The notes under the pieces: generated by a model | What the model was told of the DNA's origin: nothing | Seen by the model: only the letters and a program-made list of their open reading frames with translations | The model's database searches: none | Shown here: piece after piece, positions 1 to 12,650 of the stretch | Position numbering within the stretch: the stretch's first letter is position 1 | Layout: each line of letters opens with the position of its first letter | Program-made: the position numbers and the translations under genes | DNA from: Eledone cirrhosa | Taxonomy: Eukaryota | Direction of reading: 5' to 3' | DNA length: 64,000 bases | Assembly: GCA_964016885.1 (NCBI GenBank) | Contig: OZ024750.1 | Coordinates: forward strand, 13,640,001-13,704,000

Positions 1-150
1 TAATTATACAGACTGACAACCTAATATAGCAGTCAACAACTTCCTCTGATTAGCCATAGGACTGACTTCAACATGACAATACATTATGATGGTAAAATTG
101 TATGAAAATAATTTGTTGTGAATATTATCCTGACATTATTTAACCTAGGT

Positions 151-336
151 GAGTGGATTGGCAGTATCGGTAGAAGGTCGGACACCATGCTTTTGCAGCA
201 TAGAGTTATGCCCCTTTCTGATCTGAGTTCAAATCCCGCCTAAGTTAACTTTGCCTTTCATCCTTACGGGGTCGATAAAATAAAATACTAGTTATGCACT
301 GGGATAATTGCTGGCCTGGTGCCAAAAGTAGAAAAA
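151..336 (+). mobile_element. tRNA-derived SINE with Meta-type central domain, full length, 16-bp TSD
   Basis: A-box-like TGGCAGTATCGG, B-box GAGTTCAAATCC, Meta-like GCCTTTCATCCTTACGGGGTCGATAAAAT; flanked by ATTATTTAACCTAGGT at 135-150 and 337-352. Confidence 0.9.
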
Positions 337-767
337 ATTATTTAACCTAGGTAAAATATGATACAGAATAAAAGTTAGGGAAAAAAAAGGAGATTTATGA
401 AAGTCTGTTTGATAAAAATAACTGCTGTAGTTTGGAACTAATAATAAAAACTGATGAAAAATGAAAAAAGCAAAAAGCGTCTCTGAAATTTCAGTGGCAA
501 TCCAAAGATTTGCGGCTGCTAGAGGCAAAAAAGGAAAAGAGAAAAAAAGGCAGACAGGAAAGAATAAAAAGCAAAGTTAAGAAATAGAAATGAAAAAAGA
601 AAATAGAATGAAAAGAGAAAAGGGAAGCTTGCCAAGTAAGAAATGAGCCTAGAAGTTATGAAAAGCTAGATTGTTTTATTATTAATAGTGTCATCATTGG
701 CTGTATGTCTGTTTAACCATGCAGACAAAACTAGGATGAATCTTCAATACAGTATCTCTATTGCATC

Positions 768-982
768 TTAACTCTTTAGCATTCACATTATTTTATATAT
801 ACTATTATATTTTCATGGTAAAAGCTTTACCTCACATAATATCGAATCTATGAGATTTTGAAAGTATTTATTTTGAGAACAATACCTTAACATCAGTTTG
901 AGCGACCAGTTACAGCCAGTTTCAACAGAAAGAGGTAGAAAATTCTGGCCGGTTTTGGCCGGTTTGAACATTAATGGGTTAA
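768..982. mobile_element. TTAA MITE family 1 (piggyBac-type, ~215-230 bp)
   Basis: TTAA at both ends, family TIR CCCTTTAGCATT/AATGCTAAAGGG (degenerate here); about 15 copies in the window. Confidence 0.85.
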
Positions 983-1099
983 TTGCCTAGTAGCTGCCTT
1001 GAGACTAAATATTCTCAATACTTTCATATGTTACTCAGTCTATATCTAATATAGGTACATTCAACCACTAACTCACAGAACCTAGTTTAAACAATACAA

Positions 1100-1225
1100 C
1101 CATCTCTCTGGTATATATATCTACCAATATAACAATCCCTCTACTATATATACCTACCAATATAACCATTTATCTAGTATATATATGCTAATATAACCAT
1201 CTCTCTAGTATATATGTCAACCAAT
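1100..1225. repeat. Degenerate ~33-bp minisatellite
   Basis: CAATATAACCATCTCTCTAGTATATAT-like unit, about 4 copies. Confidence 0.65.
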
Positions 1226-1720
1226 GTCCTTATTGACTAATCACTTCTCAATTGACTGAAGCTCAAAATGTTCCTTTTAAGTTAATATACATCCAAATGA
1301 CTTGTTTTTTCCTATTCATTTGTAGATTGTCTACATTCACAGCTCTTTTCTGACATCTACTTAACATTATATTTCTAATACATATCTCATATATCAGGCA
1401 GAAAATCTTGAGAGGAGGGGGCCAAAGAAGACAGTTTGGTAGCTTATGGAACCAAGACTGGATCTTCTCACACAAAAATAACATTTATGAATGAATAAGC
1501 TGACAGGTGATAATGATAATAGAACTAAAGCATATTAGGTATCATGATCTTCAGACATTCAAAATAAACCTACAATTGATGTTTCTATGTTAACTCCATA
1601 TCATCGCTTCCTTCCTTTCTACTTGGTTTAACAACCACTTGGAGTTAAGCCAATGAACGAACTCAACATGTTTCTTTTACGTGAGTCAAAAGAAAAAAAT
1701 GAGTATTATGTGCTTTTTAT

Positions 1721-2154
1721 TTTTACCCTTTTGATACCAACCACCTTGAAATTGTTCATCTTATTAACACTTTAGCATTTAAACCGACCATATCCGACCA
1801 GAATTCTCTCACCTCTTTCTGTTCAAACCAGCTGTAACTGGCTGCTCATACTGATGTTAAGGTATTGTTCTCAAAATAAATAATATCAAAATCTCATAGA
1901 TTCGATATTATGTGAAATAAAGTGTTTACCATGAAAATACTATAGTATAAATAGAGTAATGTAAATGCGAAAGGGTTAATATATATTTACCTAAAAATCT
2001 TACATCATGAACCTTTATAAGAAACTTTATGTTATGTTCCAAACATCAGCCATGATGAAAAAGTTATATTCTTTCAAATTTTTTATTATTTTCAAAATGA
2101 TTTGAAAATTATCAGCAGTATCTTTCATTTGGAATATAGTAATGAGAGAGTTAA
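1721..2154. mobile_element. TTAA MITE family 2 interrupted by a family-1 MITE
   Basis: Starts CCCTTTTGATACCAACC, ends GTAATGAGAGAGTTAA; similar to 27406-27624 and 58891-59130. Confidence 0.7.
1764..1979. mobile_element. TTAA MITE family 1 (nested)
   Basis: TTAA...AATGCGAAAGGGTTAA; reverse orientation of 768-982. Confidence 0.85.
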
Positions 2155-2183
2155 TGGCTAAATATTGGAATCATATGTTCACA

Positions 2184-2410
2184 TTAACCCTTTAGCATTC
2201 ACATTATTCTATAAATACTATTATATTTTCATGGTAAAGGCTTTACCTCACATAATATCTCACATAATATCGAATCTATGAGATATTGAAAGTATTTATT
2301 GTGAGAACAATACCTTAACATCAGTTTGAGTGACCAGTTACAGCCAGTTACAACAGAAAAGGGTAGAGAATTCTGGCTGGTTTTGGTCGGTTTGAACACT
2401 AAAGGGTTAA
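2184..2410. mobile_element. TTAA MITE family 1
   Basis: TTAACCCTTTAGCATTCA...TGAACACTAAAGGGTTAA. Confidence 0.9.
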
Positions 2411-2419
2411 AGAGAGGAC

Positions 2420-2678
2420 AAGCATGGTGTCCAACTCTCTACTGATACTGCCAATCCACCACCCTAATAGTAATAAATAAATAAAAAAATAATAATTGTT
2501 TCTACTTTAGGCACAAGGCCAGCAACTACCCAGTGCCTCACTGGTACTTTATTTTATCAACCCCGTAAGGATGAAAGGCAAAGTCAACCTCGGCGGGATT
2601 TGAACTCTGATCGTAAAGGGACGTAACTATGCTAGAAAGCATGGCGTCCGACCCTCTACCGATACTACCAATCCACGA
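2420..2678 (-). mobile_element. Meta-domain SINE (full copy 2495-2678 plus head fragment 2420-2462)
   Basis: Reverse complement of the 151-336 family. Confidence 0.85.
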
Positions 2679-3113
2679 AAAATAATAATAATAATAAAAC
2701 ACACAGACAAATACATAGCCAAACCCCCAGAACTTACAAATATACACAGCATACAAAAGATAGCACTGCTAGGCACTGCACACATATTATGAAAAGTACT
2801 ATCAATACAATAGAAACCACATCAGCAAAAACTACACTGCACATACCCAAGGCACACAGAGCTGTGCTCGGTAAAGCAGTAATGATGCGCAATAAAAATA
2901 ATAATGGAAATAACAACAACAACAACAACAACAAAGATAATGATGACATGCTATGAGTAAATATGAAACTGTGTAGTAACTTCAAAAATAGTGAGAAGTT
3001 GCTATAGCAATATGCATTAGCGCTTACCGAAATTGGTTTCTAAAATATTCTCTAACAGATGGATGATGATAATGATGGTGGTGATGATGATAATGATAAT
3101 GATGGTGATGATA

Positions 3114-3156
<43 letters not shown>

Positions 3157-3512
3157 GAATATCAACTGGATTATTTTCAGCAGCTTCCTAATGAAAAATA
3201 CTCAATAAGGTAGTTTGTTTTGTTTTTTCTGAAGATGATTACTATTTTAAATTTGCCTGAACACCACATATACACAGGCTCACATACATACATACATACA
3301 TATATACATACATAGATAGACGCGTACATACACATTCATACATACATAAACACATACATACATACATATATACATATACGCGTACATACACACAGACACA
3401 CATATATATATATACATACATATACGCATACATACACACACATTCACCCATCCACACCAACTCACTATGCACAACAACTACATCAATTTAGATAACATTA
3501 ACTTAGTAAATA

Positions 3513-3694
3513 GGGTGGTGAATTGGCAGTATCGGTAGAGGGTCGGACATGCTTTCCAGCATAGTTACTTCCCTTTACGATCTGAGTTCAAATCCCGGCG
3601 AGGTTAACTTTGCCTTTCATCCTTGCGAGGTCGATAAAATAAAGTACCAGTAATGTACTGGGTAATTGCTGGCCTTGTGCCAAAAGCAGAAACA
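3513..3694 (+). mobile_element. Meta-domain SINE with TSD
   Basis: Family sequence flanked by ATTAACTTAGTAAATA direct repeat. Confidence 0.9.
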
Positions 3695-3712
3695 ATTAAC
3701 TTAGTAAATAAC

Positions 3713-4150
3713 TTCTTCTTCGCCCACTAATTCCTGAGAAAGTTGTGGGGGCAGAGTCCTGAAACACTCCTTCCAGGAGGTCCTGTCAGAAGTAACCATC
3801 TCCAACTGATCTGGCTGGATCCCCAAGCGTGACTAACCGAGCTCATGGATGTTATCCAACCATCTTGCTCAGGGTCTACCCCTGGGTCTCTTGCCAATTG
3901 GTTTTGCCCATAAAATTTGTCCAGTGATTCTTTCCTGAGACATTCTAACCACATGCCCATAGTACCGAGGCTGAGATCTCTCAATTTGGAGAAGTAGTGA
4001 CCTGGAGTGACTCTCTGATTTCCGGGTCACACACACCATCAAGTTACGTTACTCCAAAGACCCTTCAGGGGAAACCCATTTCAGCCGCTTGTATTCGTCA
4101 TTACCCAAGATTCATTACCATAGGTAAGGGTTGGCACGAATACCGAATTG
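3713..4150 (-). mobile_element. RTE-clade LINE 3' fragment, (GAA)n-tailed family, decayed
   Basis: Minus-strand translation with stops/frameshifts: VFVPTLTYGNESWVMT..RIQAAEMGF..EIRESLQV..LLQIERSQPRYYGHVVRMSQER..KRPRGRP*ARWLDNI; ends GTGGGCGAAAGAAGAAG. Confidence 0.85.
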
Positions 4151-4287
4151 AAGATAGCATAAATAACTGTCACTTAAAATTAATGAGCTATGAAAATTAG
4201 CAAAAATTGATCATCATCATCATCATCATCATCATCATTTAACATCATTTAACATCCATTTTCTCTACGAGCAAATGTTTCTACAGA

Positions 4288-4990
4288 GAAATTGCAGTGG
4301 TCAGTTCTATTTCTAGACTGAGGGGTTGCAGTGGTCAGTGGTATTTCTACATTGAGAGATTGTAATGGACAGTGGTCAGTTATATCTCTACTTTGAGAGA
4401 TTACAGTGGTCAGTTGTATTTCTAGACTGAGGGGTTGCAGTGGTCAGTGGTATTCCTACATTGAGAGATTGTAATGGACAGTGGTCAGTTATATCTCTAC
4501 TTTGAGAAATTGCAGTGGTCAGTTCTATTTCTAGACTGAGGGGTTGCAGTGGTCAGTGGTATTCCTACATTGAGAGATTGTAATGGACAGTGGTCAGTTA
4601 TATCTCTACTTTGAGAGATTACAGTGGTCAGTTGTATTTCTAGACTGAGGGGTTGCAGTGGTCAGTGGTATTCCTACATTGAGAGATTGTAATGGACAGT
4701 GGTCAGTTATATCTCTACTTTGAGAAATTGCAGTGGTCAATTCTATTTCTAGACTGAGGGGTTGCAGTGGTCAGTGGTATTCCTACATTGAGAGATTGTA
4801 ATGGACAGTGGTCAGTTATATCTCTACTTTGAGAGATTACAGTGGTCAGTTGTATTTCTAGACTGAGGGGTTGCAGTGGTCAGTGGTATTCCTACATTGA
4901 GAGATTGTAATGGACAGTGGTCAGTTATATCTCTACTTTGAGAGATTACAGTGGTCAGTGGTATTCCTACATTGAGAGATTGCAGTGGTC
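4288..4990. repeat. Higher-order minisatellite, 109-bp period (34+41+34 bp subunits)
   Basis: CAGTGGTCAG at 4295, 4329, 4370, 4404; TTCTAGACTG at 4311, 4420, 4529. Confidence 0.9.
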
Positions 4991-5231
4991 ATTGAGACAG
5001 AGAGAGAACTAGAGCACTTGAGGTTCATTCACTTAAGTTCACACAGGACAGCTGGCTCAAATTGCTACATCCTGAGCAGATACAAACTTCCTTAAGCCTG
5101 TTAATGATGACACAAATATAACAGGCTACAACCTGCTAGTGTAATTATTAAGTAATACTTATTTCTATCTGCCCTGCAGCTATAGAGCAGAAGAGGCTCA
5201 AATATAACATTTTTGAACACAGGATTCAAAC

Positions 5232-5428
5232 TTTACCATTTACATTACTCTCTATTTACTATTGTATTTTCACAGTAAAGGTTTTATTTCACATAATTAT
5301 CTTACATAATATTGAATCTATGAGATTTTGATATTATTTATTTTGAGAACAATACCTTAACATAAGTGAATAAAAAGAGGTGAGAATATTCTGGCCAGAT
5401 ACAGCCGGTTTAAATGCTTAAGAGTTAA
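5232..5428. mobile_element. TTAA MITE family 1, internally deleted
   Basis: Family sequence ending AATGCTTAAGAGTTAA. Confidence 0.75.
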
Positions 5429-6044
5429 TTTTCCAACCTCTACCGGCTACCACTACTAGTAAAACTACTGTGTTACTACTAGTAAAACTACTGCTGCTTC
5501 TATTACTACTACTACAAGTAAACTCACAGTACCTTACTACATGTGACAGCAAATAATACAGCTAAAACAATCAAATTACATACTGCCATTTTAAAAAAGG
5601 AAAGGCATATTGGTCAATGTAGTCCTAAAAATACAAAACGACAGGGTGGTCATGGGTGGAATGCCTCTGTTCATAGGTCTGCTTAATCTGAGCTGATCTG
5701 GTGTAAACTACAACCAATACCACCACCACCACCACCACTGCTGCTACTACTACTACAAAATGTAATCTTAGTCCCCTACTAAATATAAGATCACTTAATC
5801 CCATACTAATGTAAATTTGACAGTTTCATATTACTTGTAACCTTACAGAGTTCCCAACTAATCTAATTTGACAGCTCCCTACTACATGCCTCCTCCCCCC
5901 CCCCCCAGTCCCCTACAAATATAACCTTACAAGAGTTCCTTACTAATTAAATCAGACATTTCCCTACTACTTGCATCCGCACAGAATCCCCTACTATAAG
6001 TAGTTTTCTAGTATTTCTATACTATAAGTTAACCAATGAAAGTA

Positions 6045-6310
6045 CGGTGAAGGTACTTAGTAGTTAGGGTGTTTGGCTCACAATCATAAGATTGTGAGTT
6101 CAATTGCTGGAGCCATGTTGTGTCCTTAAGCAAGACACTTATTTCACATTACTCCAATCCACACAGCTGGAAAAAATCAGTTATCCCTTTAGCATTTACA
6201 TTACTTTATATTTACTATTATATTTTCATGGTAAAGGCTTTACCTCACACAATATCGAATCTATAAGATTTTAATATTTATTTTGTGAACAATTCCTTAA
6301 CATAAGTATA
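6045..6310 (+). mobile_element. Degenerate CORE-like SINE head followed by partial MITE family 1
   Basis: GTGAGTTCAATTG..GTGTCCTTAAGCAAGACACTT, then CCCTTTAGCATTTACATTAC. Confidence 0.65.
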
Positions 6311-8113
6311 GAACATGATTCTTATGCATAATTCTTAGGGATATTCAAAGTGCCATGGTGTGAGCCAAACTTTCTTGGGTTGACCTGAGCCAAGCTTTCT
6401 TAGGTTGATCTGAGCCAAGCTTTCTTGGGTTGATCTGAGCCAAGGAAAAGAGACTTGCTCAACACAAACTGAAATAGTACTCTAAACATTATTCTTAGGA
6501 ATATTTAAGGCGACAGGGTGTCTGACAAGCTTTCTTGGGTTGACCTGAGCCAAGGAAAAGAGACTTGCTCAAGAACCCATGCAGTGTACTGAACCTACAA
6601 GCTGATGATTGTGAAATAATTTCTTAACCATTCAGCCATGCTGTATCCATTATACAAAACCACACTAATAAAGATGTAGACAATACAGGAATTTGATATA
6701 GTAAGCTGCAAGCTATTTAATAACCACATAAAGAAAAACACTCAATTTAGGTTATCACCACCAAACTATTTGCAATTACTAGACACAGTCTTAATTGTAG
6801 GCTGAATTAACTAGCTGTGTGCTTTCATCTTAAAACCATTGGAAAGATATATCAGAAATACTACTACTGATACTACTGCTGCTGTTGTTGCTCCTGCTGC
6901 TGCTATTACTGTGTTTTAACTGTTTTAACATTAAACAAACAGTTTAAGCTTGAGGAAATGACTGTATCAATTGCCATAATTAATATAAGTATTGTTGTTG
7001 GTGTTGTGAGCAACATTAACACACTTTCTCTAGAAACTAGGAAAAATACAGCCTATTCTATTCTAAATAATTATTTCTCATTTTAGGTACAAGGCCAGAA
7101 ATTACTGGAGATGGAGAAAGTCAATTAAATTGACCTCAATATTTTACTGGTACTATATTTTATCAACCCTGAAAAGATGAAAGGTAAAGTTGATCTTAGG
7201 ATTTGAACCCAGAAAAATAAAGAGTTGGAACAAAATCCTACAAGCCATTTTGTACGGCACATAGTTGTTTCTAAATTTTCCACAAAGGCACAGATGTTTT
7301 TGAAGGAAGGTATATAGTACTGCTGCTAGAATAAAATACACACAGTAGAGTGTGGAATCATCTATAAGTGAGATGCTGCCCCCCAGCCCATCTGAGGGGT
7401 CTGTAGTCCTACTTCAGTACTGACTCAGTCTGTAAAGACACATCCAACCAGGGAAACCAGGGAAAACAAACATTAAATGATAATGATGATAACTGGTCAT
7501 TAAAATTTAGAGTTATAAGAAGGGGTCTTGGAACTTCACATCTTTCCCTAGATTATTAAAGGAAGTTGTTTAGCCCTAGGTTAACCTTGATCAAGTGGAG
7601 ATAAGGTCAAAAGCATTCCTGCTGTGATCCCCCAGTCTTTTTTTTTTTTTTATTATTATTATTCAACTTTATCTTTCCAATATAAAACAATAGCACGTGA
7701 TATGAGAAGAATTTGGTTGCTATTTCTAGCAACCAGATAGTGCAAACACACACACTTTCCCAGTGTCTGAAAGTAGATGAAGTAGGTTCACACAGGCCAA
7801 GAGTTCAAATGAAAGAATCCTGGTAATATTTGTGCTGGAATTCAACAAAAGCTTAAACCTTTCCCTGACACTCTACTCAATTTTCTCTCTCCTTCTTTCT
7901 CCCTTCCTTTCAATTCTTTAGAAACACCAAGCAGAATGGTCCTGACACACCATTCCCACACTACCCACTAACACAGCCTCAATTCTTAGTGATGTTATTT
8001 ATTTATAGAAAATAATTGAAAAGTTCAATTTGATATGCTTGCTTCTGAACTTTTTATTCCCAGGATATGCAGCAATAAAAATATACCATTTACATCAGGC
8101 ATGAATGACAGAC

Positions 8114-8114
<1 letters not shown>

Positions 8115-8159
<45 letters not shown>

Positions 8160-8793
8160 ACTTATGTAATTATGTATATATATATATATGTACTTATGTA
8201 ATTATGTATATATATATATATGTACTTATGTAATTATGTATATATATATATGTACTTATGTAATTATGTATTTGTATTTATATATAAATATATGTGTGTG
8301 TGAATATAATAGGGATAAACAGACATATGATGATGGTGATGTATACACATTTACACACAGACATACATATATACACACACATAAATACATACATATTATG
8401 TAATGGTATTATATTGTGTGTGTATAAATTATATTTTCTCATTTCTCTATGTTTGCTTTTCTTTGTGTGTGTGTGGTTATATACATTGTGTGTGTGTGTA
8501 TTTTTGCATTTCATTGTGTGTTTATGTACATGTGTGTGTGTTTATGTACACGTGTGTGTGTGTGAGTGTATTTATGTACACGTGTGTATGTCATGTAAAT
8601 GGATGTGTACGTGTGTGTGTGTGTGTGTGTTTATGTACATGTGTGTGTGTGTGCTTATGTACCCATGTGTATGTTTGCATTTCATTGTGTGTGTGTTTAT
8701 GTGTCGGTGTGTGTGTTTATGTGTCGGTGTGTGGTGTGTGTATATATGTGTGTGTGTGTGGTGTGTGTATATATATGCCTGTGTATGTATGTA

Positions 8794-8843
<50 letters not shown>

Positions 8844-9036
8844 ATACTAATAAATGGAAACTATATTTTTAAAACAATAATTATTTTATTATACATATTT
8901 CAAGGGCAACCAAGGCAAATTATGGTGCGCTTTCATCAGATAAAATACAGATTTGTTTTATAAATTTTTAAATTAAATAAAACCTCTGCATATATATATA
9001 TATATATGTATGTGTGTATATATATATATATATGTG

Positions 9037-9080
<44 letters not shown>

Positions 9081-9086
9081 TATGTG

Positions 9087-9153
<67 letters not shown>

Positions 9154-9170
9154 ATATATATATATATGTG

Positions 9171-9202
<32 letters not shown>

Positions 9203-9309
9203 CCTAAGTATTAGACTGTAGTTGCAATTGCGAGAAAGATTGACATTCCTGAATAGGTGTGAAGTATAGGTAGATGGATGTGTGTGAGTGTGTGTGGGTG
9301 TGTGTGTGT

Positions 9310-9344
<35 letters not shown>

Positions 9345-10010
9345 TGTGTGTGGGTGTGTGAGTGTGTGTGTGTGAGTGTGTGGGTGTGTGAGTGTGTGTG
9401 TGTGTGCGTGTGCGTGTGCGTGTGTGGGTGTGTGAGTGTGTGTGTGTGTGTGTGAGTGCGTGTGTGTGAGTGTGTGTGTGTGTGTGAGTGTGTGTGCGTG
9501 TGTGTGTGCGTGTGTGTGTGTGTTGATGTAGTGAAGAGCTGTGAAAGTTGTGTACTTGTAGGTGAGAATGTGTATGTGCATGTGTGAGTGTGTGTGTGTA
9601 TGTGCGAGTATGTGTGTATGTATGTACGTATGTGTGTGTGTGTGTGTGTGTGTGTGAGAGCGTGTGTGTGTGAGCGTGTGTGCGTGTGTGCGTGTGTGTG
9701 TGCGTGTGTGTGTGTGTTGATGTAGTGAAGAGCTGTGAAAGTTGTGTACTTGTAGGTGAGAATGTGTATGTGCATGTGTGAGTGTGTGTGTGTGTATGTG
9801 AGAGTATATGTGTGTGTGTATGTATATACGTAGGTGTATATGAGTGTGTGTATGTGTGTGTATGTGTTTTTTTGTGCTGATGGAGTGAAGAGCTGTGAAA
9901 GTTGTGTACTTGTAGGTGTATGTGTATGTGCGAGTATGTGTGTATGTATGTACGTATGTGTATGTGTGTGTGTGAGAGTATATGTGTGTGTAGGTGAGTG
10001 CATTGAATAA
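8115..10010. repeat. Compound (TA)n/(TG)n microsatellite field with local duplications
   Basis: Directly visible; includes three copies of GTGAAGAGCTGTGAAAGTTGTGTACTTGTAGG. Confidence 0.95.
8882..8947 (-). ncRNA. Minimal type I hammerhead ribozyme motif in Penelope-like remnant (family A)
   Basis: Minus strand: TATTTTAT-CTGATGA-[AAGCGCACCA...TGGTTGCCCTT]-GAAA-TATGTA-TA-ATAAAATA; perfect 8-bp stem I, AUA cleavage triplet; remnant ~8840-8990 lies within (TA)n. Confidence 0.75.
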
Positions 10011-10070
10011 CATGTAAGCAGCAATTTAGCTGTTCTTCAGAGTGACATTTTTGGGGAGAGAGAAGAGAGA

Positions 10071-10986
10071 ACTACCACAACAACACCGACACCACCACCA
10101 CCACCACCAACAACAACAACACTGACACCAACAACAACACCACCACCACCAACAACAACAACACCAACAACAATAACATCAACACTAACAACAGCAACAC
10201 CAACAACACCTACACCAACAACAACACCAACATCACCGACATCACCAACAACAACAACACCATCACCAACACCGACACCAACACCAACACTGACACCAAC
10301 ATCAACACCAACAACATCAACACCAACACCGACATCAACACCAACACCAACATCACTACCACCACCACCAACACCAACATCACCATCACCGACATCAACA
10401 ACAACATCACCGACAACAACACCAACAACACCAACAACAACACCAACATCACCAACACCGACACCAACAACAACAACATCAACATCAACACCAACATCAC
10501 CGACAACAACACCAACAACACCAACAACAACACCAACACCGACACCAACAACAACAACAACATCAACATCAACATCAACACCAACAACAACATCACCAAC
10601 AACAACAACACCATCACCAACACCGACACCAACAACAACAACACCATCACCAACACCGACACCACCACCACCAACAACAACACCAACACCAACACCGACA
10701 CCACCACCACCAACTACACCAACAACAACACCACCACCAACATCACCAACAACACCAACAACAACAACACCATCACCAACAACATCAACACCATCACCGA
10801 CACCAACACCAACACCAACATCAACACCGACATCAACACCACCAACAACAACATCACCACCACCACCACCACCACCACCACCACCACCACCACCAACATC
10901 ACCGACAACAACACCAACAACACCAACAACAACACCAACATCACCAACACCAACACCAACAACACCAACACTGACACCAAACACCA
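10071..10986. repeat. Cryptic trinucleotide repeat (CAA/CAC/CAT/CCG)n
   Basis: About 900 bp of in-phase ACA/CCA/TCA triplets. Confidence 0.9.
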
Positions 10987-11839
10987 AGTGTCTATTTCTA
11001 CCTTCGTGAATGAAAGTTTTTCTTCAAACTAGTTTTATTTACCAACATTTCATTTAACAGAAATGGTAGAATGAGGCAAAGAACAAGATATGGGTGTGTG
11101 TGTGTGAGTGTATGTGTGTTGTGTGTATTGTGTGTATGCGTGTGTGTGTTGTGTATGTGTGCGTGTGTACACCTACGCTGATTTAAATACACTTAGATAC
11201 TGCGAACATATATACCATTTTGGTACCAATCCAGCACAAACTGACACTGGTTCTACAATACTAAGCTGTTTATTTTAAAGTATTTATCATCATCATCATC
11301 ACAGTCTTACATCCATTTTTCCAAGCTAGCATGGGTTAGACGAGTTGTCCTGTTGTGAGCCTAATTTCAAAATTGCCTTGAATTTTTTAGTAGTGTGGTC
11401 TGTCTTATGATGAGCCACATCCTATGCAACCCACTGCTCGTAAAAGGTTGTCCATGCCTGTTATAGACAGTGTTTTATATTTGAAATATGATAACGAAAG
11501 AGTTAACTGGCAGCTGACATTAATCCTAACCCATTTTCAGGAACTACAAATATCCGTATAGGGGACCGATGCAATTTAACTCCCTATTTTTATTGTGTTA
11601 AGTACAAAAGTAACAACTCTTTCTCATTGGTATAGAAAGTAGGTGTACCAAGGATAACTTTTACTAGAAACACCTGGCCATTCTATTCTGTGAAATAAAA
11701 GTGAGTCAGTAGAAAATAAAATATCTGAAGAATGATATTAACATTTTAGAATATAATAAATTTTTTTGATGAAGAACATCTAACAATGTTATCCCAGTAA
11801 TGCAGACCCTGACGGCAACATTCTTTTGGATGTGTGGGA

Positions 11840-12450
11840 ACCCATGTGCAAGCCAACTCATGGTCCTAGCAGACAGAATGGAGACATCATTGTTTGGGAA
11901 GATGGCAAGGGATACATATTGGGGGAAGATGGCAAGGGAGACATCATTGTTTGGGAAGATGGCAAGGGAGACATATTGGAGGAAGATGGTAAGGGAGACA
12001 TATTAGGGGAAGATGGCAAGGGAGACATCATTGTTTGGGAAGATGGCAAGGGAGACATATTGGGGGAAGATGACAAGGGAGACATCATCGTTTGGGAAGA
12101 TGGCAAGGGAGACATCATTGTTTGGGAAGATGGCAAGGGAGACATATTGGAGGAAGATGGTAAGGGAGACATATTAGGGGAAGATGGCAAGGGAGACATC
12201 ATTGTTTGGGAAGATGGCAAGGGAGACATATTGGGGGAAGATGACAAGGGAGACATCATCGTTTGGGAAGATGGCAAGGGAGACATATTGGAGGAAAAGC
12301 CATTCTAACTTGTAGAATTTGTTCCGGCGGCTGGCCAACTCTACTATGATAATAGAGAGTAGAGAGGTGGTCTGGGGACCATAAAAAATGCTGGAAGTCT
12401 CCACTGCTACAAGTTTGACGACAAACCTGTTGGAGAGCAACTTTCCATCA
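11840..12450 (-). mobile_element. 3' relic of a restriction-like-endonuclease (CRE-like) non-LTR retrotransposon with internal minisatellite
   Basis: Translation LSNRFVVKLVAVETSSIFYGPQTTSLL..ELASR..EWLFLQYVSLAIFPN..SILSA resembles the RLE C-terminal pattern PxAVETxGxxGP...LFQRxSxAIxRGN; homologous to 49495-50995. Confidence 0.65.
11878..12295. repeat. Minisatellite of 30-bp and 27-bp units with a 171-bp higher-order duplication
   Basis: GGGAGACATCATTGTTTGGGAAGATGGCAA and GGGAGACATATTGGGGGAAGATGGCAA units. Confidence 0.9.
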
Positions 12451-12464
12451 ATGATAATAATAAT

Positions 12465-12650
12465 AATTATTTCTACTTTTGGCACAAGGCCAGCAATTAC
12501 CCCAGTGCATTACTGGTACTTTTTTTATCGACCCCGTAAGGATGAAAGGCAAAGTTAACCTCAACGGGATTTGAACTCAGACCATAAAGGGCCGTAACTT
12601 TTTGCTGCAAAGCATGGCGTCCGACCCTCTACCGATACTGCTAATCCACC
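12465..12650 (-). mobile_element. Meta-domain SINE
   Basis: Reverse complement of family sequence. Confidence 0.9.

Noticed and set aside
8188-10024. Long Y/I/C/V/H/T-rich ORFs (also 13.0-13.6, 31.3-31.8, 41.7-43.8 and 55.8-58.0 kb)
   Set aside because: Translations of (TA)n/(TG)n microsatellites, which lack stop codons
10037-10987. 316-aa Val/Gly ORF on the minus strand
   Set aside because: Antisense reading of a trinucleotide repeat; no non-repetitive domain
11826-12308. 160-aa acidic repeat protein (DIIVWEDGKG)n
   Set aside because: Antisense to a retrotransposon relic; frame is open only because the units are multiples of 3
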